64,000 nucleotides of DNA, from the NCBI GenBank assembly GCA_973895155.1, contig OZ316893.1, positions 24,851,520 through 24,915,519 of the forward strand, read 5' to 3'. Shown here one piece after another: positions 39,172 through 51,330 of the stretch. The DNA comes from Marsupella aquatica. Lineage: Eukaryota > Plantae > Marchantiophyta. The first letter of the stretch is position 1. Every line of letters starts with the position of its first letter. Below the pieces are notes generated by a model. That model was not told where the DNA came from and did not search any database. It saw only the letters and a program-made list of their open reading frames with translations. The position numbers were made by a program, and so were the translations under genes.

Positions 39172-40236
39172 ATGTCGACTGAAGAAGCTACTGAACAGCC
39201 GCATGGAATCGAGCACGGAGAAGAAGCACCGCCGCGATTGGCGTCCTCTCCTGCTGCAGCGTCCCGTTGGCGTCTGCTGAGGAGATTCTTGTTGACATCC
39301 CCCAGAGGCTCAGCAGCAGTTGACGGTGATGATGCCCAACTCACAGAAATTTCCAGAATGCCTGCTGGGCGATACAATCTTGTGGAGTTGCATGTTGGGA
39401 CTCCAGACCTCCATCATGAGGTGACACAGCATGATTCTTCAGAACAATCTGGTTTGGGTTGTTTGGGCACATCAGACGTCGTAGTGGACTACGTCCTCCC
39501 TGTGCCTGACGAGAGAATCAAGGTGACTATCCGGCAACGTCGAGAGGGGTCCTTGAAACTACGTGATGTTGTAGCTTGTGGGGAGAAGTCCATAGACAGC
39601 ACAGGCATTGTTTGTTTGTGGCCTGCGGAGGAGGTCCTGACCTACTTTTGTGCCAGGAATTCAGAAATCTTCAGCAACAAAACCATCATTGAGCTCGGGT
39701 CAGGGTATGGGTTAGGAGGACTTGCCATAGCCGCATGTACAGATGCAGCTGAAGTTGTGATCACCGATGGAAATCCTCAAGTGGTTGATTACATTAGACA
39801 CAATATAAATGCAAATGCTCTTGCCTTTGGGAACACCTTCGTGAGAAGTTCAGCTCTGTATTGGAGTCGAGACCAGACTCCCCTTGCTGGAAAGACTTTT
39901 GACCTCGTTGTTGCTGCTGATTGTACATTTTTCAAGGACTTCCATGTGGACTTGGCCTGCACTATCAAATCACTTCTGGGGACGTCAAAGAGTAGCCAGG
40001 CCATTCTCTTCAATCCAAGACGAGGAAATACCTTGGATCTGTTCGTGCAAGTTGCTGAGAATCATGGCTTGATTGTAGAGATGAAGGAACATTATGATGC
40101 AGAGGTGTGGGCCATCCATCAACGATTTCTGAAGGGCGATCAGACAGGATGGCCCAACTATGACAGCAATCACTGTTACCCTACATTGCTTTCGTTGAGA
40201 GCCTCTGGAGGAACACAACAGGATTTGACACATTAG
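39172..40236 (+). CDS. CAMKMT: Calmodulin-lysine N-methyltransferase (CaM KMT), intronless
   Basis: Single ORF with RWRLLR, IDSTGIVCLWPAEEVL, SAM-binding IIELGSGYGLGGL, VVITDGNPQVV, FDLVVAADCTFFKDFH and WPNYDSNHCYP. First in-frame ATG at 39172. Confidence 0.9.
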   Translation: MSTEEATEQPHGIEHGEEAPPRLASSPAAASRWRLLRRFLLTSPRGSAAVDGDDAQLTEISRMPAGRYNLVELHVGTPDLHHEVTQHDSSEQSGLGCLGTSDVVVDYVLPVPDERIKVTIRQRREGSLKLRDVVACGEKSIDSTGIVCLWPAEEVLTYFCARNSEIFSNKTIIELGSGYGLGGLAIAACTDAAEVVITDGNPQVVDYIRHNINANALAFGNTFVRSSALYWSRDQTPLAGKTFDLVVAADCTFFKDFHVDLACTIKSLLGTSKSSQAILFNPRRGNTLDLFVQVAENHGLIVEMKEHYDAEVWAIHQRFLKGDQTGWPNYDSNHCYPTLLSLRASGGTQQDLTH

Positions 40237-40425
40237 GGGTATACAGGTTGACACCCAATGTACAAGTTCTCTTCATCATAATTTTGTTGCCCATTTTGGT
40301 CGAGAACATGGTATAACAAGGAGCACAACAGGATATGACACATTAGGGAGGTTTGATACGCAATGTACAAAGTTCTCTTCATCATAGTTTTGTTGCCCAT
40401 TTGGTGGAAAACAGGGTGTAAGAAG
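40210..40425. repeat. Tandem duplication (~110 bp) spanning the CaM KMT stop codon
   Basis: GGA(A/G)CACAACAGGAT(T/A)TGACACATTAGGG...GTTCTCTTCATCATA.TTTTGTTGCCCATTT occurs twice. Confidence 0.85.
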
Positions 40426-41419
40426 ATATAGCATTGTTAGCACACTTTTTCACACTCTCTTTGTAGTCAGCTTGTCCATTATTGAAAAGAGTGCTTTGTC
40501 CAAATAAAATCCAAACCTATTCGTCAATGCTAAGAAACGAAGTACTACCTTTCACCATCCTACCAGAGCTTGTAGCTCCAACAATTACAGATGCCTACCC
40601 TTCCAGGGAATCACCAATGTTTGTCAGCAAATAGCACAACTATAGCACTGCCAAATCCTTGCCTGGACAGTCTCCTTTGAAAGCTTTGACACATTTAAAA
40701 AATAAATCCTGCCTGATCTTGCCCAAGCTATTCCCCAATATAAGCAACAGTATGGGAACACATTTCTGTGTTTGGCGCCTCTTCATCCAGGGTTTGCTCA
40801 ATCCATCCGGGCTTTGACTTTATAATTCTGAATAAATTTTGAATAGAAAAACCTCCCTGAAGTTAAGATCATGTAATAGTGTAAAAGACCCTTTTAAAAA
40901 AATATTTTTAGTTACATATCCCACCTAGATTAATGGAACAAGGTTGAATCCACTCATCCAAGCAAGGTGTGTAAAAGTTAGAACATCAACTCTCTTAAAA
41001 CTATAAAGCAAAAACTCAGGTAACTCCAAGAATGCCCCAAACACAGAGGAAAATAAGAATGGGTACTGGGTATCATTCATTTATGGAGCCTGACTACATA
41101 TATTGTGTTTCAGCTAATTTTTTGGACATATTTTCCAAATTCCAGATTTGTTTCTAATAATTTGGAATATTCACAATACTCTACATTAATTGATTTATTC
41201 TGAAATATTGAAAAGTATCACATATATAGTAAGTTCTTTTTACAGGGTGTTCTGTGTGGTAATGCCTACAAAAATGAGCATTTCAGATCAAGTTTTGACA
41301 GATAATGTTACCCATAATCTCTGGTACCATGGGTTTAATAAACTTAAAGCCTAAGCAATTGTTTTTTTAGTACTGTAGGAGAGGAGAGTCTTCATAATGA
41401 GTTAATCCAAATCTTAACC

Positions 41420-41575
41420 AAGCATTGGGATCTTCAGTTTGTTGTTCCTTTTTGGTTGGAGGACTAGGGGCTTGTTGGACCTCTTTGGTTTTCTTGGGGA
41501 CTTTTATCCTTCTTTTCCTTCCCTTATTGGATTGCTTTGCCTTTGCAACCCTCTTTCCCCGTTTGACATTTTTAT
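41420..41575. mobile_element. Family B fragment, inverted
   Basis: Reverse complement contains AAGGCAAAGCAATCCAATAAGGGAAGGAAAAGA, as in 50970-51010. Confidence 0.5.
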
Positions 41576-42703
41576 CATTTTGCACTGTGACATATATTTT
41601 TCTCCGATAGAGTGTCTCAAAGCTGGAAATTTAATGGACCTTAATTCACTAGTTATGGGTTATGGACACAAAAGTTGCAACTACCAAATTCATAATCCAT
41701 AACTTTTTGGCCATAAGCATTGGTCATATGGCATTACCATTTGTCACTCAAGGGCAGGTGAAAGAAAAAAACAAAAGAAAAAAAACATTTCACACAACCT
41801 TCTGAAAAAAGTTATGACTATGCCATCATCCCTAATTTCTAAGCTTTGAGCATCCTTAAAGCATCATTGTCCATGACAAAACCTGGATCCACCACGTTTC
41901 ATCTTCTTTAGGTCATGTTATGAAATTGTGGAGCAAAGTTTCACCCTGGAGGAGAAGAATATGAAAAAGTGAAAAGTCTTGAACACTTCTCTTTTTATAC
42001 CACCAGTAGTGTTTTAATATTGAGAGACTAATGTGAAAAGGGAGAATATCGTACACTTCTCTTATTTTTTTATATGGACTGGTGGTTTCATAATGATAGT
42101 TTAATAATGAGCTCAAACAGAGAAATCACGAAAAGCCATTAAGGTGCTCCAAAAGAATTCGTTTCTCGCTAAGCCAAACTAAACCACGGTTCGAATGTCG
42201 GCGCGGGCACCTTCCAGTGCACCTGCGTTCTTCTGCGGTCTCTTGTGGGAATATTTCATTCCTGTCGGGATCGTTGTTTGGGAGTGAGGGAGTGAGAGCT
42301 GCGATAGTCTGAGACTCTGAGGAGTGAGGACCGCCATCTCCTGCGAATCCTCAAGCTTCCTCGGAGGCAGGTCGGCTCTGCTGCTGCTGCTGCTGCTGCT
42401 CAGCCATCCTATCCACTCGAGGGTCCCGACGAAACATTCTCTCCAGCTCTACTTTGGTCGTGGGAGCCATTTGCATGCATTGGCTGTCTGCGAAAGGGGC
42501 TGCAGAAACTGTCGAGGGCCACAAATCTTCTCTCTTTCTCTCTCTGAGAGGTAGAAGTTTGATTTGAGGTCGGGCGATTCGTTGCGGAGCAGGACGGCCG
42601 GTGCTTTCTGTTGTTATTGCCATATCTATTTGGTTGTTATTGCTTCGGAGTTGTCGAGTGGCGTTTGCTGTGGGATTCAGCAGATCAATCAATCGATCAC
42701 ACC

Positions 42704-45700
42704 ATGGCAGGAGCGTTGCAGCAGCTCGCCACTCTGCAGTTCGGCGGTGCTCTCGGAGGGTCACGATTCCGGGGCCAACGGTTGTCTTTCGTTTCCTCAG
42801 CAGGTGAGAAGGATTGGCAGCTGGTGCATGCGTTTTGGGGTCTGCTGTTCTGTCCTGTAGAAGGGGAGAACGCGAGTTTTAGTTTTAGAGAGCTCGATTT
42901 GGATTCAGTGAGTTGAGTCATTGTTTGCAGTTGCAAGAGTTCAAGGGTCAGGTTGTCGGCTTCGAGGGACCAAGAAACATGACGGTCCGTTTATTAATGA
43001 AGAAGATATGTAGTAACCCAGTGATGCTAAGTTGATGGACTCTCCCAAAAGTTTAGAGAGCTATTTGAATCGAAGTAGTACTTGTTCTCTGGAGAATTGC
43101 CTCTCGTTTATGCATTTGGCGAATTTCCGGACCTGTACTAGGTTCCCTAGAGTATCAGGAAAAGACCTAGAGCTGAATGTCCGTTTAAGATACAGTACTC
43201 CTTAGTGGCTACTTGTAATGTGGAGGTCAGTAATCTATGCTGTACACGCAGCCATATCTTCCTTCTCACGCGCAAGCGTTTCGGATCTATTTTGTTGGTT
43301 GTCGTGAAGATAGTTTGGCTGTTACTATGGTTGTGGCTGATTTTTCCGAATAGAGGTGCTAGGGAGATTGTCTGCCATTGTTACCGGTCTGCGTTTTTGG
43401 TAACTGCGCAATCGTCCTATCTAGCGGAAGGTTCTATGAGTAAGGTGCGGCCAATATCAATTTTAAGGAAAGTAAATTTAGACAAAATAGACAGGTAGTA
43501 AGAAGAAAAAAGATCAAAATTAATTCAAGAATGAACGCCAGCGTGCTTCAGGCACTTGGTAAGTAAGAAAATTTCAAAAGCCTCTAGCCATATCGTCACT
43601 CTCTGGTTGCTCGAACTCTGCTGGAGAAATCCCACATCTTCTTGGCTTTTTACTTGCCAAAGTAACAAAGTCGCCGTTTGTGGTTACAGGGCATAAGCAA
43701 TTGACTTCTACCAAATCGGCAGGCATTGTGAAAGATAATCGTCTTGCACAGAGGAAAGTGCATGCCAGTCTGCATTCCGCGGAACCAGTTACTAAGCCAT
43801 CCACAGGTAGAGCTACAATCACTTTGCCAACGTAGTTGTTGTGACCCAAGTGGTATTTTCTGTCAAATTTTGTCCCATAGAAGATCTGTAGTCGACCAAT
43901 TTGGAATCTTTTGAGTCAAAGTGGATTCCTCGGCTGGCATTTGAGTTGATGTGCTAGAGGCTGACAGACCTGTTCATTGATTTTGGGAAATGAAGTGCAA
44001 GAGACGGAGTGGAGTACTCTCTCCACTGAACTCAGCGATGCCTCGCCTTTCGACATTGTTCGACGGGCCCTGCAAACGTTCGGGAATGACATAGCCATTG
44101 CCTTCAGGTAGGATACAATTTACTTGGCTAGCTTTTTTCCTCCATTTCATTCAAGTGATTTTGACCTGCCTTTGTTCGGGAGCTGAACAGATTCAGACTC
44201 GGCGCAGAAAGTAATTTGCAGTAGACTCAAGTTAGTGATCGTGTATTTTAGCGGGACTCTAGACAGGTATAGTTTATAATAGCCTGCCCCACTGAACACA
44301 GCTTCGGGGACGAATGATTCCGTGCTACTCAAATTATGCATTGTACTGAAATTGCGGAAAATCTTTTCGGGGATGAAATTCATTTTGACATGGTGCTCTT
44401 TGGCGGAAACCTTGCTTGGGATATCTCAGTGGAGCAGAAGATGTTGCACTCATCGAGTATGCCCATCTTACAGGGTTACCATTCAGAGTCTTCAGTTTGG
44501 AGACTGGAAGGCTAAATACGGAGACTCTCCAGCTCTTTGCTGACGTTGAGAAGCGATACAATTTGCACATTGAATACATGTTCCCAGATGCCGCTGATGT
44601 TGAAGCCTTGGTGAGGGCTAAAGGACTCTTTTCGTTTTATGAGGATGGACATCAGGAATGCTGCGGTGTCCGTAAAGTTAAGCCACTGAGGCGAGCACTG
44701 AAAGGCTTAAGGGCATGGATTACAGGGCAGCGCAAGGATCAGTCACCCGGCACCCGGTCAAATGTGCCCGTTGTCCAGGTTTGTCTGCTGCCGCACAATT
44801 TAAATATGCGGGCTTTCATGTTGAAGGATTTTGTTTTATTTGTTTCTCTAGCCATGTTCTTGCCTTGGCAAATGATACTGGGATAGGCTTAATCTGTAAT
44901 CTCAATTGGGGCAGCTTACAAGGCAGTAGTCGAGAATGACTACTTACCTAGTGAATGGACGTATATGAGCCATTCATTGTCCTTAAATAGATGGTTAATG
45001 TCCCGGATATTTGCTACCAACCATGAGGTGATTTAATGTTAAAATTTGCATATGGAGGTAGTATATGTCTAATTCCAAAGATCGTCTGGTGAAATGAATG
45101 TTAACTTTTTGCTTTCCTTCTGGGACATTTCAGGTGGACCCTGCTTTTGAGGGACTTGATGGAGGACCTGGGAGCCTTGTGAAATGGAACCCTTTGACAA
45201 ATGTGACAAGTACTGAAGTGTGGAATTTCCTACGTTCCATGGATGTCCCTGTCAATGCTCTTCATGCAAAGGTTGGTGATTGGAGAGCTCTTAGTTTGCT
45301 TGGCGAGTTCTAGAAATCGGTACATGGTTCATGACAAGAAGTTTTGATAGGCCACCAACAGACTTACCTTACCAAATAGTGGTGCGTCGTTGTCCTTGAT
45401 GAAGTTTACTAATGACGGCGATGTGTATAATAGGGATATGTATCGATTGGGTGTGAGCCCTGCACAAAAACTGTGTTACCTGGCCAGCATGAGCGTGAGG
45501 GCCGTTGGTGGTGGGAAGATGCAACTGCTAAGGAGTGTGGCCTCCACAAGGTGGGCCTTCGCATCTGAATGGTTTCTGGGTCAAATCTTCTCCGTCAAAG
45601 TTGGTTTCCATCCTTGTGCCTTTACTGGAACTATGGAAGTCATCGAATTGGTTTAAATGTTTTAGAGAGAAGAATGAACCCGCGTCTAACAGCTGGGAAA

Positions 45701-46912
45701 AGCATGACATCAAAATACTGAGGTGTTGGATTTCTTCTACCGAAAAGTTAGTAAATGGATCTTGTCTTGCTAGGCTGAGGCTATCGTTTGCCCACATTGG
45801 GACGTCACGACACAAAAAGGCTTCTTAGTATTAATGTTTAAGGACTGGCCTTTCACATGAGGTTGTTCCTCGCTCTACTATAGGCAGCCTTTTTCTGTAA
45901 ATTGAGTTGGTGGGTCCTTACATGTCTTGGGCGCGTTCTGATGCAGGGCAATCTTAGTTCTTTAGATAATGTCGAAGGTGAGGCAGCAGGGTCTGGGTCT
46001 ACCAATGGAGGCACTATTCCGGATATCTTCACAGGCAAAAATATTACACCGCTAAGCAGACAAGAGATCGAGTCCCTTATCTCTCATCCAAGAGAGAAAG
46101 CTTTCCTGGTGGTTCAATATGCACCCTGGTGCCAGTTTTCTCAGGTAAGTTTGACGTCTGAAACCGAGTCCCTAATATAGTTGTCATTTTAAACTGCAGT
46201 TATATTTCGACCTCTTTTTTGAGCACACATCCATTGAGCTGGCTGTGTTCTGCAATATTCAGCACACTTACAGTGCTGTTTATTATATTGGTAGCTCTCG
46301 TCTTCTTCTTGTGTTGAGCAGCTAAATAGAAACTTAGTTCCCCTTTACAAACAAAATTGTTGCTTGAATGTGGAGGATTTTACCCTAAAAACAAAATGTG
46401 GGTTGTTGCAGGCAATGGAGCCATCATTTAATGAGGTTTCAGACATTCTTAAAGATTCGCCTGTAACGGTAAGTTTGTCTGGCCATAAACTCTTTTCGTT
46501 TGTCTTTCCTGTGTGACGTGATGTATCTGTTCGGAAGAGGACATTTCTGTAAAACAGACAGTTCACGTTATGTTCATGAGAAAGATTGGTGACACTTTGC
46601 GTGCCGTTAGCTTTTTGCTGTCCAGTAGTTCAGCTGTGCTTTCCTAGTTGAAGCCATCTGTGTTCGTCGTATGTGGTCGCACTGTATTGATGAATTGCTC
46701 ACAGCTGAAACTTTGAATTTTTGGTGTGCGTGGGACAGGTAGCCAAATTCAATGCAGATGGAGAGCAAAAGGCATTCGCTAAGGAGAGACTTCAACTTAA
46801 GTCATATCCTACAATTCTTTTCTTACCAAAAGGCACTGACGTTGTGATCAAGTATCCATCAGAACGTAGGGATGTTAATTCGCTCCTCGCCTTTGTAAAG
46901 TCATTTCAATAG
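42704..46912 (+). CDS. APR: Plastid 5'-adenylylsulfate (APS) reductase, Fe-S type, with C-terminal thioredoxin-like domain
   Basis: Exons 42704-42803, 43690-43806, 43996-44107, 44430-44778, 45134-45271, 45434-45550, 45947-46144, 46412-46468, 46739-46912. Motifs [54 protein letters not shown]; transit-peptide-like N-terminus. Confidence 0.96.
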
Positions 46913-48768
46913 CATGACTGTAGCCGTTATCCATCTGAGCTCTACATATCCGAAGACCAGACTGTCATAACCTTCCTTTGAAATAGCAAGTTTTGTGCAC
47001 CTGCTCTACATCGCCACCTTAGTGATGTAGTGCAGATAGGAGTGGACGAAATGTGGATGGTCTAGTCCCCAACGAAGTTATATGACATAGAAAACAGTTT
47101 TCTTGACAAAGAAAATTTGATACGTTGAGTCACGTCACTAGAGAGGAGCTGATATGCCCTTGGATTAAGTTTTGTTCTTCAATGCAGTTGATATGCCCTA
47201 AAGTTACCTGTTAGATTGGTTGACTCCCTAAACGAGATATTTTACTTTTGTAATCTGTACAAATTTGGCCGGAATTGGTCGGTTGTTCATTTTCAGTCAT
47301 GCTGCTATCGATGGATGTGTGAGGATGCTCTCCAGGTGCTTAAGCAACAATCCCGGATGTTGTGAAATCATGATGTAAACAAATAGTGGATCCGATTCAC
47401 AGCATGCTGGAGGAACTACTGACTAAAAGATTACAGAAACTTGACGCCGGTACACAACCCGGCTGCGAAATTGGTGGCAATGAGTTGGGGTTGTTGTGTG
47501 TGAGGCTTACGATCTCGTACAACAATTCTCCTACTCTTAGCCACTGGTCTCTATGTCTATAGCTATGTGTCGTGACCACTCGGACTACGATATATCGTCG
47601 AAGACTATACGTCAAAGATTCGATCTTGACATATTTCCGTGTCAATCGATGTTGGATGGAAACGGTGACGCTCCAAGTCTTTCTGCGAGGTACAGAGTTG
47701 AGGTTACTGGGCTAGCATCTTGATGGAGGAACATACTCTCTAGCTCGCTGCCGCTCTGCACATTTCCGATGAGTCTGGCGGCCAGCAACGTGACTGTTTC
47801 AAGTTGAGGCGCACTTGCGATGCCTGTGCCGACAGCGCCACCACCTGCCCACTAGTGTGAATCTGGCTCACCGGGACATCAACGTAAGCCAACGGACCTT
47901 GTTTTGCCCACGGATGACGCGAGCTTCTATGGGCATCATCTTTGTGCAGTGCCCGAATTCAAGCTCGCGTTAAGTGGGTTCGTCACGGGACCATTGTGGC
48001 ATGAACAAAAATGCATGCGCCCGGCACTGGACGGGTACGATTGCTGCGCAATGAGGACGAGATCCTGAGAACCCGGAGTGGAATCCTAGGGCGCGGTAAA
48101 AGCAGTATTATTGACGTTGTTAAGTACAGTACTGTACTGTAATTTCGTAACCCGATTTGCTACGCAGTGCAGGAGTTGAAGTTCTCCTCATACTCGCCGA
48201 GTGCAAGTCAAACCGCTTGCGTTTCTTGGGAGACGAGCACTGCCGCAGTAGAAAGCGGCAGAAGCCAGAATTCTCACGTCGTCAGACAACACCTTCAACT
48301 CGGAAAGCTGTAGAATGGGCAATGAGCCAAACAAATCACTGCCAAGCAGCCTTAAGGTCACTAGGCTTTCAAAGGCTAAACAAGATTTGGGAGTGTATAC
48401 AGTTGATTTTTGGACGACGACAGGGACTGCGAACATTTTCAGACTCTTTTGAAATCCCACAGACATGTCGGTAGAGAGAGTAGCCACCAAGATAGCACCA
48501 AGATAGTCTGCGAAAACTATCCGACCACCGGCATAAGAACTTGGGACAGACAGTAGCCGGCTGCAATTAGCCTTTTCGACAGATTGTCAATTTCAATTGA
48601 AATCGACTCACAAAAAGATTTGACCTGCCCTGAAGTGGAAGTTCTTTATTTCAGTAAATGATCTTTCCTTCATTACCTAATACTCGAGAAAAACCGAACA
48701 CTTTTGGAAACCTTTAGCTTGCTAATCTTCTGATTCCAGTAGAGGGTCACAAGCACCCAAAGATTGCT

Positions 48769-50100
48769 CTAGAGCTTCTGTGCAACATGGTCATTATAAG
48801 TGAAGCTACTTCTGAACTCCCCGCCAGCATTGAGTTTGTCCAATGTAACCATCCACATTGGACCAATGAGTTCAACAATCTTGGAGAATTTCAGTGGCCC
48901 AGCCCTTGTCCCTTTAAATCCCGGAATGGACTCTACCAAGGCAATAGTAATATCCACTGCGTCGTCATCGTCCCCAGCCACGAGGACAGACGAAGGGTGG
49001 CTTACAGGTGGAGGATCTACGATAATTTGATAGAACGTGCTTTTCCAACCAGTTGTCCATCGAGCAGGGACACCCAATGCCTTCTGATTCAACAGTACAG
49101 ACGAAACCTGACCCCAATCCTTCTCCTCGAACATATACAGGATGTTCGTGGTGTCGATAATCACTTTCCCTTCCAAGTGTCTGGCAAGCGATTTCAAAAG
49201 TGCCTCCCGTTCAGCAAGTGGACCCTGCCCACAATGAAAATAAAATCCAATCAGTAAATGAGAGTTACAGTCTGCAAAAATCAAATCGGTCACTGGAATA
49301 AGAATGCGCCGTAAGCGCAGATTGTCAAGAGCAACAATTAAGAGGTGAAGTCAGCTGCACATTGGCGAGTAATTAGCGTGTAAATCTACAGCTTCGATAT
49401 TTATGGGTGTCTACCAAACTCACTAATCGATAACCGCACTGTCCATACAGCAGAAGAAGGGTCTAGGGAAGGAAAAATAGAAATACAGCACTGACTTGCA
49501 CTTCAAAGAGAATTTATGAATACAAACTCACACGAAGTGATCAAGTCTTGAACTTCTATTTGCAAACCCATCCATGCAAAGAGAGACGCCATCAAATTTC
49601 ATGCATTCAGGTAGTATCGTAGACACGCATCAATTTGATGGTTTCTCTCGCATGACATGTACAAATTCCTTAAGTTTTCTACAATTTCTGCATAAAAGTG
49701 CTATTCGAGTAATGTTTTCTCTACCTTTCATCATAATTTCTGCTTGCTGCTTGCTTTGTTTCACCTATAGCTCACGATCTTCTATGTCAGGACAGCTACG
49801 TGATGGATATGCACATATCGATAGATAAACTATATCAAGAGCTGAAGAGCAAACACTCACTGAAACTGTCCAGATAATGACGTCGCCAGCAGCAGCAGCT
49901 TCCTCCAAAGGGAGGCCTTTCACGTGCTTGTCGAGTTTTGCTGAGACCCGGGCAGCAGCTGCTTCTGCCTTGGCAGCAGTTCGGGACCCCAAGATGACCG
50001 AGAGACCCGCCGCCGCGAGCTTCTCCACCAGCGCACTGCCGACATTCCCGGTGCCCGGCAGAACAGCGATCGTCAATCCCTTCAACTTCGGGGACACCAT
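48769..50100 (-). CDS. F420-dependent NADP oxidoreductase (Fno/NpdG)-like Rossmann protein, ~231 aa
   Basis: Exons 50100-49861 and 49224-48769 (phase 0 GT-AG intron). Motifs IAVLPGTGNVGSAL, VILGSRTAAKA, EAAAAGDVII, LEGKVIIDTTN, VLVAGDDDDA, LVESIPGFKGTRAGPL. Confidence 0.85.
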
Positions 50101-50889
50101 GATAGAGAAAAATTGCAGCCTGTTTTTGTTGAACTGACTGATTGTTTGACTGCTCGTTGACCCAAACTCACAACGATATCACGAGACCTACACTGAAGTT
50201 CTTCGTTTGAAGCACTGTGTTGTTGACTACTCGTCAGCTGAACTCGCAGGATATCTGAACGGCAAGACCTTCTCTTCACCATCCAAAATCAATCAAAGGA
50301 GCCATGCATAATTGTGCATCAAAGTTACCGAACCAGCGCCCCTCTTTCACCCAGCCCTTGCCAGAACTCTCAGCTGAATTCACAAAATCTGAGGAGATCC
50401 GAACTGTCACATGGTCTCTTCAAAGCAACAACTACACAGAAATGTGATAACAGACAGCGATTTGGCTGTAATTTCTTCGATTTCGACAGCAACAACTACA
50501 AGAAAATGTGATCTTAGAGAGCGATCCTAGATGACACCTCGACAAGAACGAGCTCCAATACTAAGAACCCACCTCACAACTTCGCAGGGATGACACAGCA
50601 ATTCACTTCCCTCCAAATCCTTCTGCTAATTCTTTTTCTATATTATCACTACAGTACAGTACATGCTTTGCCAGGTAAGGCTGGAAGTGTTAATTCAACA
50701 CAGAAAAACTTTAGCCCACACTGCAACATTATCTTAAATTTCCAGATCCCTTCTGCTATATTGTTACCACCATAGTTTGCCACGTCAGGCTGTAAGTGTA
50801 AAGTTCAGCACAGTAAAAATCAGACCAAGCTACAGCCTTTTCCAGGTCCTGCTCCATTGTGAGTACAGGACTTTGACAGAAAAGTAAGT

Positions 50890-51330
50890 CCCTGTGCCCA
50901 AGGGCAAAACCGCCTGACTCGGAGACATGATCCCGCATGCAAAACCATCCAACGCGGAGACATGATCCCACAGGCAAAGCAACCCAATGAAGGGAAGGAA
51001 AAGAGGGGAAAGGCCCCCAAAAAAACAAGCCAAGGGATCCCCAACCAAAAGGGAAGGAACAAGGACCAAAAAGGAACCTGCAAAGGAGCCATGAAGGCTA
51101 ACACTCTACTGAGCGTAGACCTGGAAAACCTGGTAGAGCTCCAGAGTAAATTGCATAGGAAGGTCACGAAATGGAACCTGTCGGGAGACCCTAAAACCAA
51201 CTGCATCAGCCTTCCGAAGGAGGGTGAAAACCTGGGCCCGCTGAAGAGCCACAGACACCCGCTACCGGAAAAAGACACTGAGGACAGAAACAAACTGTGA
51301 GGACAGAAACAAGGGAGAAAGGACTCCTCT
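50890..51330. mobile_element. Family B insertion at the 3' end of acyltransferase copy A
   Basis: Absent from the paralogous position in copy B; similar to 8070-8500 and 38715-39040. Confidence 0.6.

Noticed and set aside
42475-42567. 30-codon uORF in the APR leader
   Set aside because: TSS and leader splicing are unknown, and there is no evidence of conservation.
47640-48000. GC-rich stretch between APR and the Fno-like gene with open minus-strand frames
   Set aside because: No convincing start, splice pattern or recognisable protein motif.
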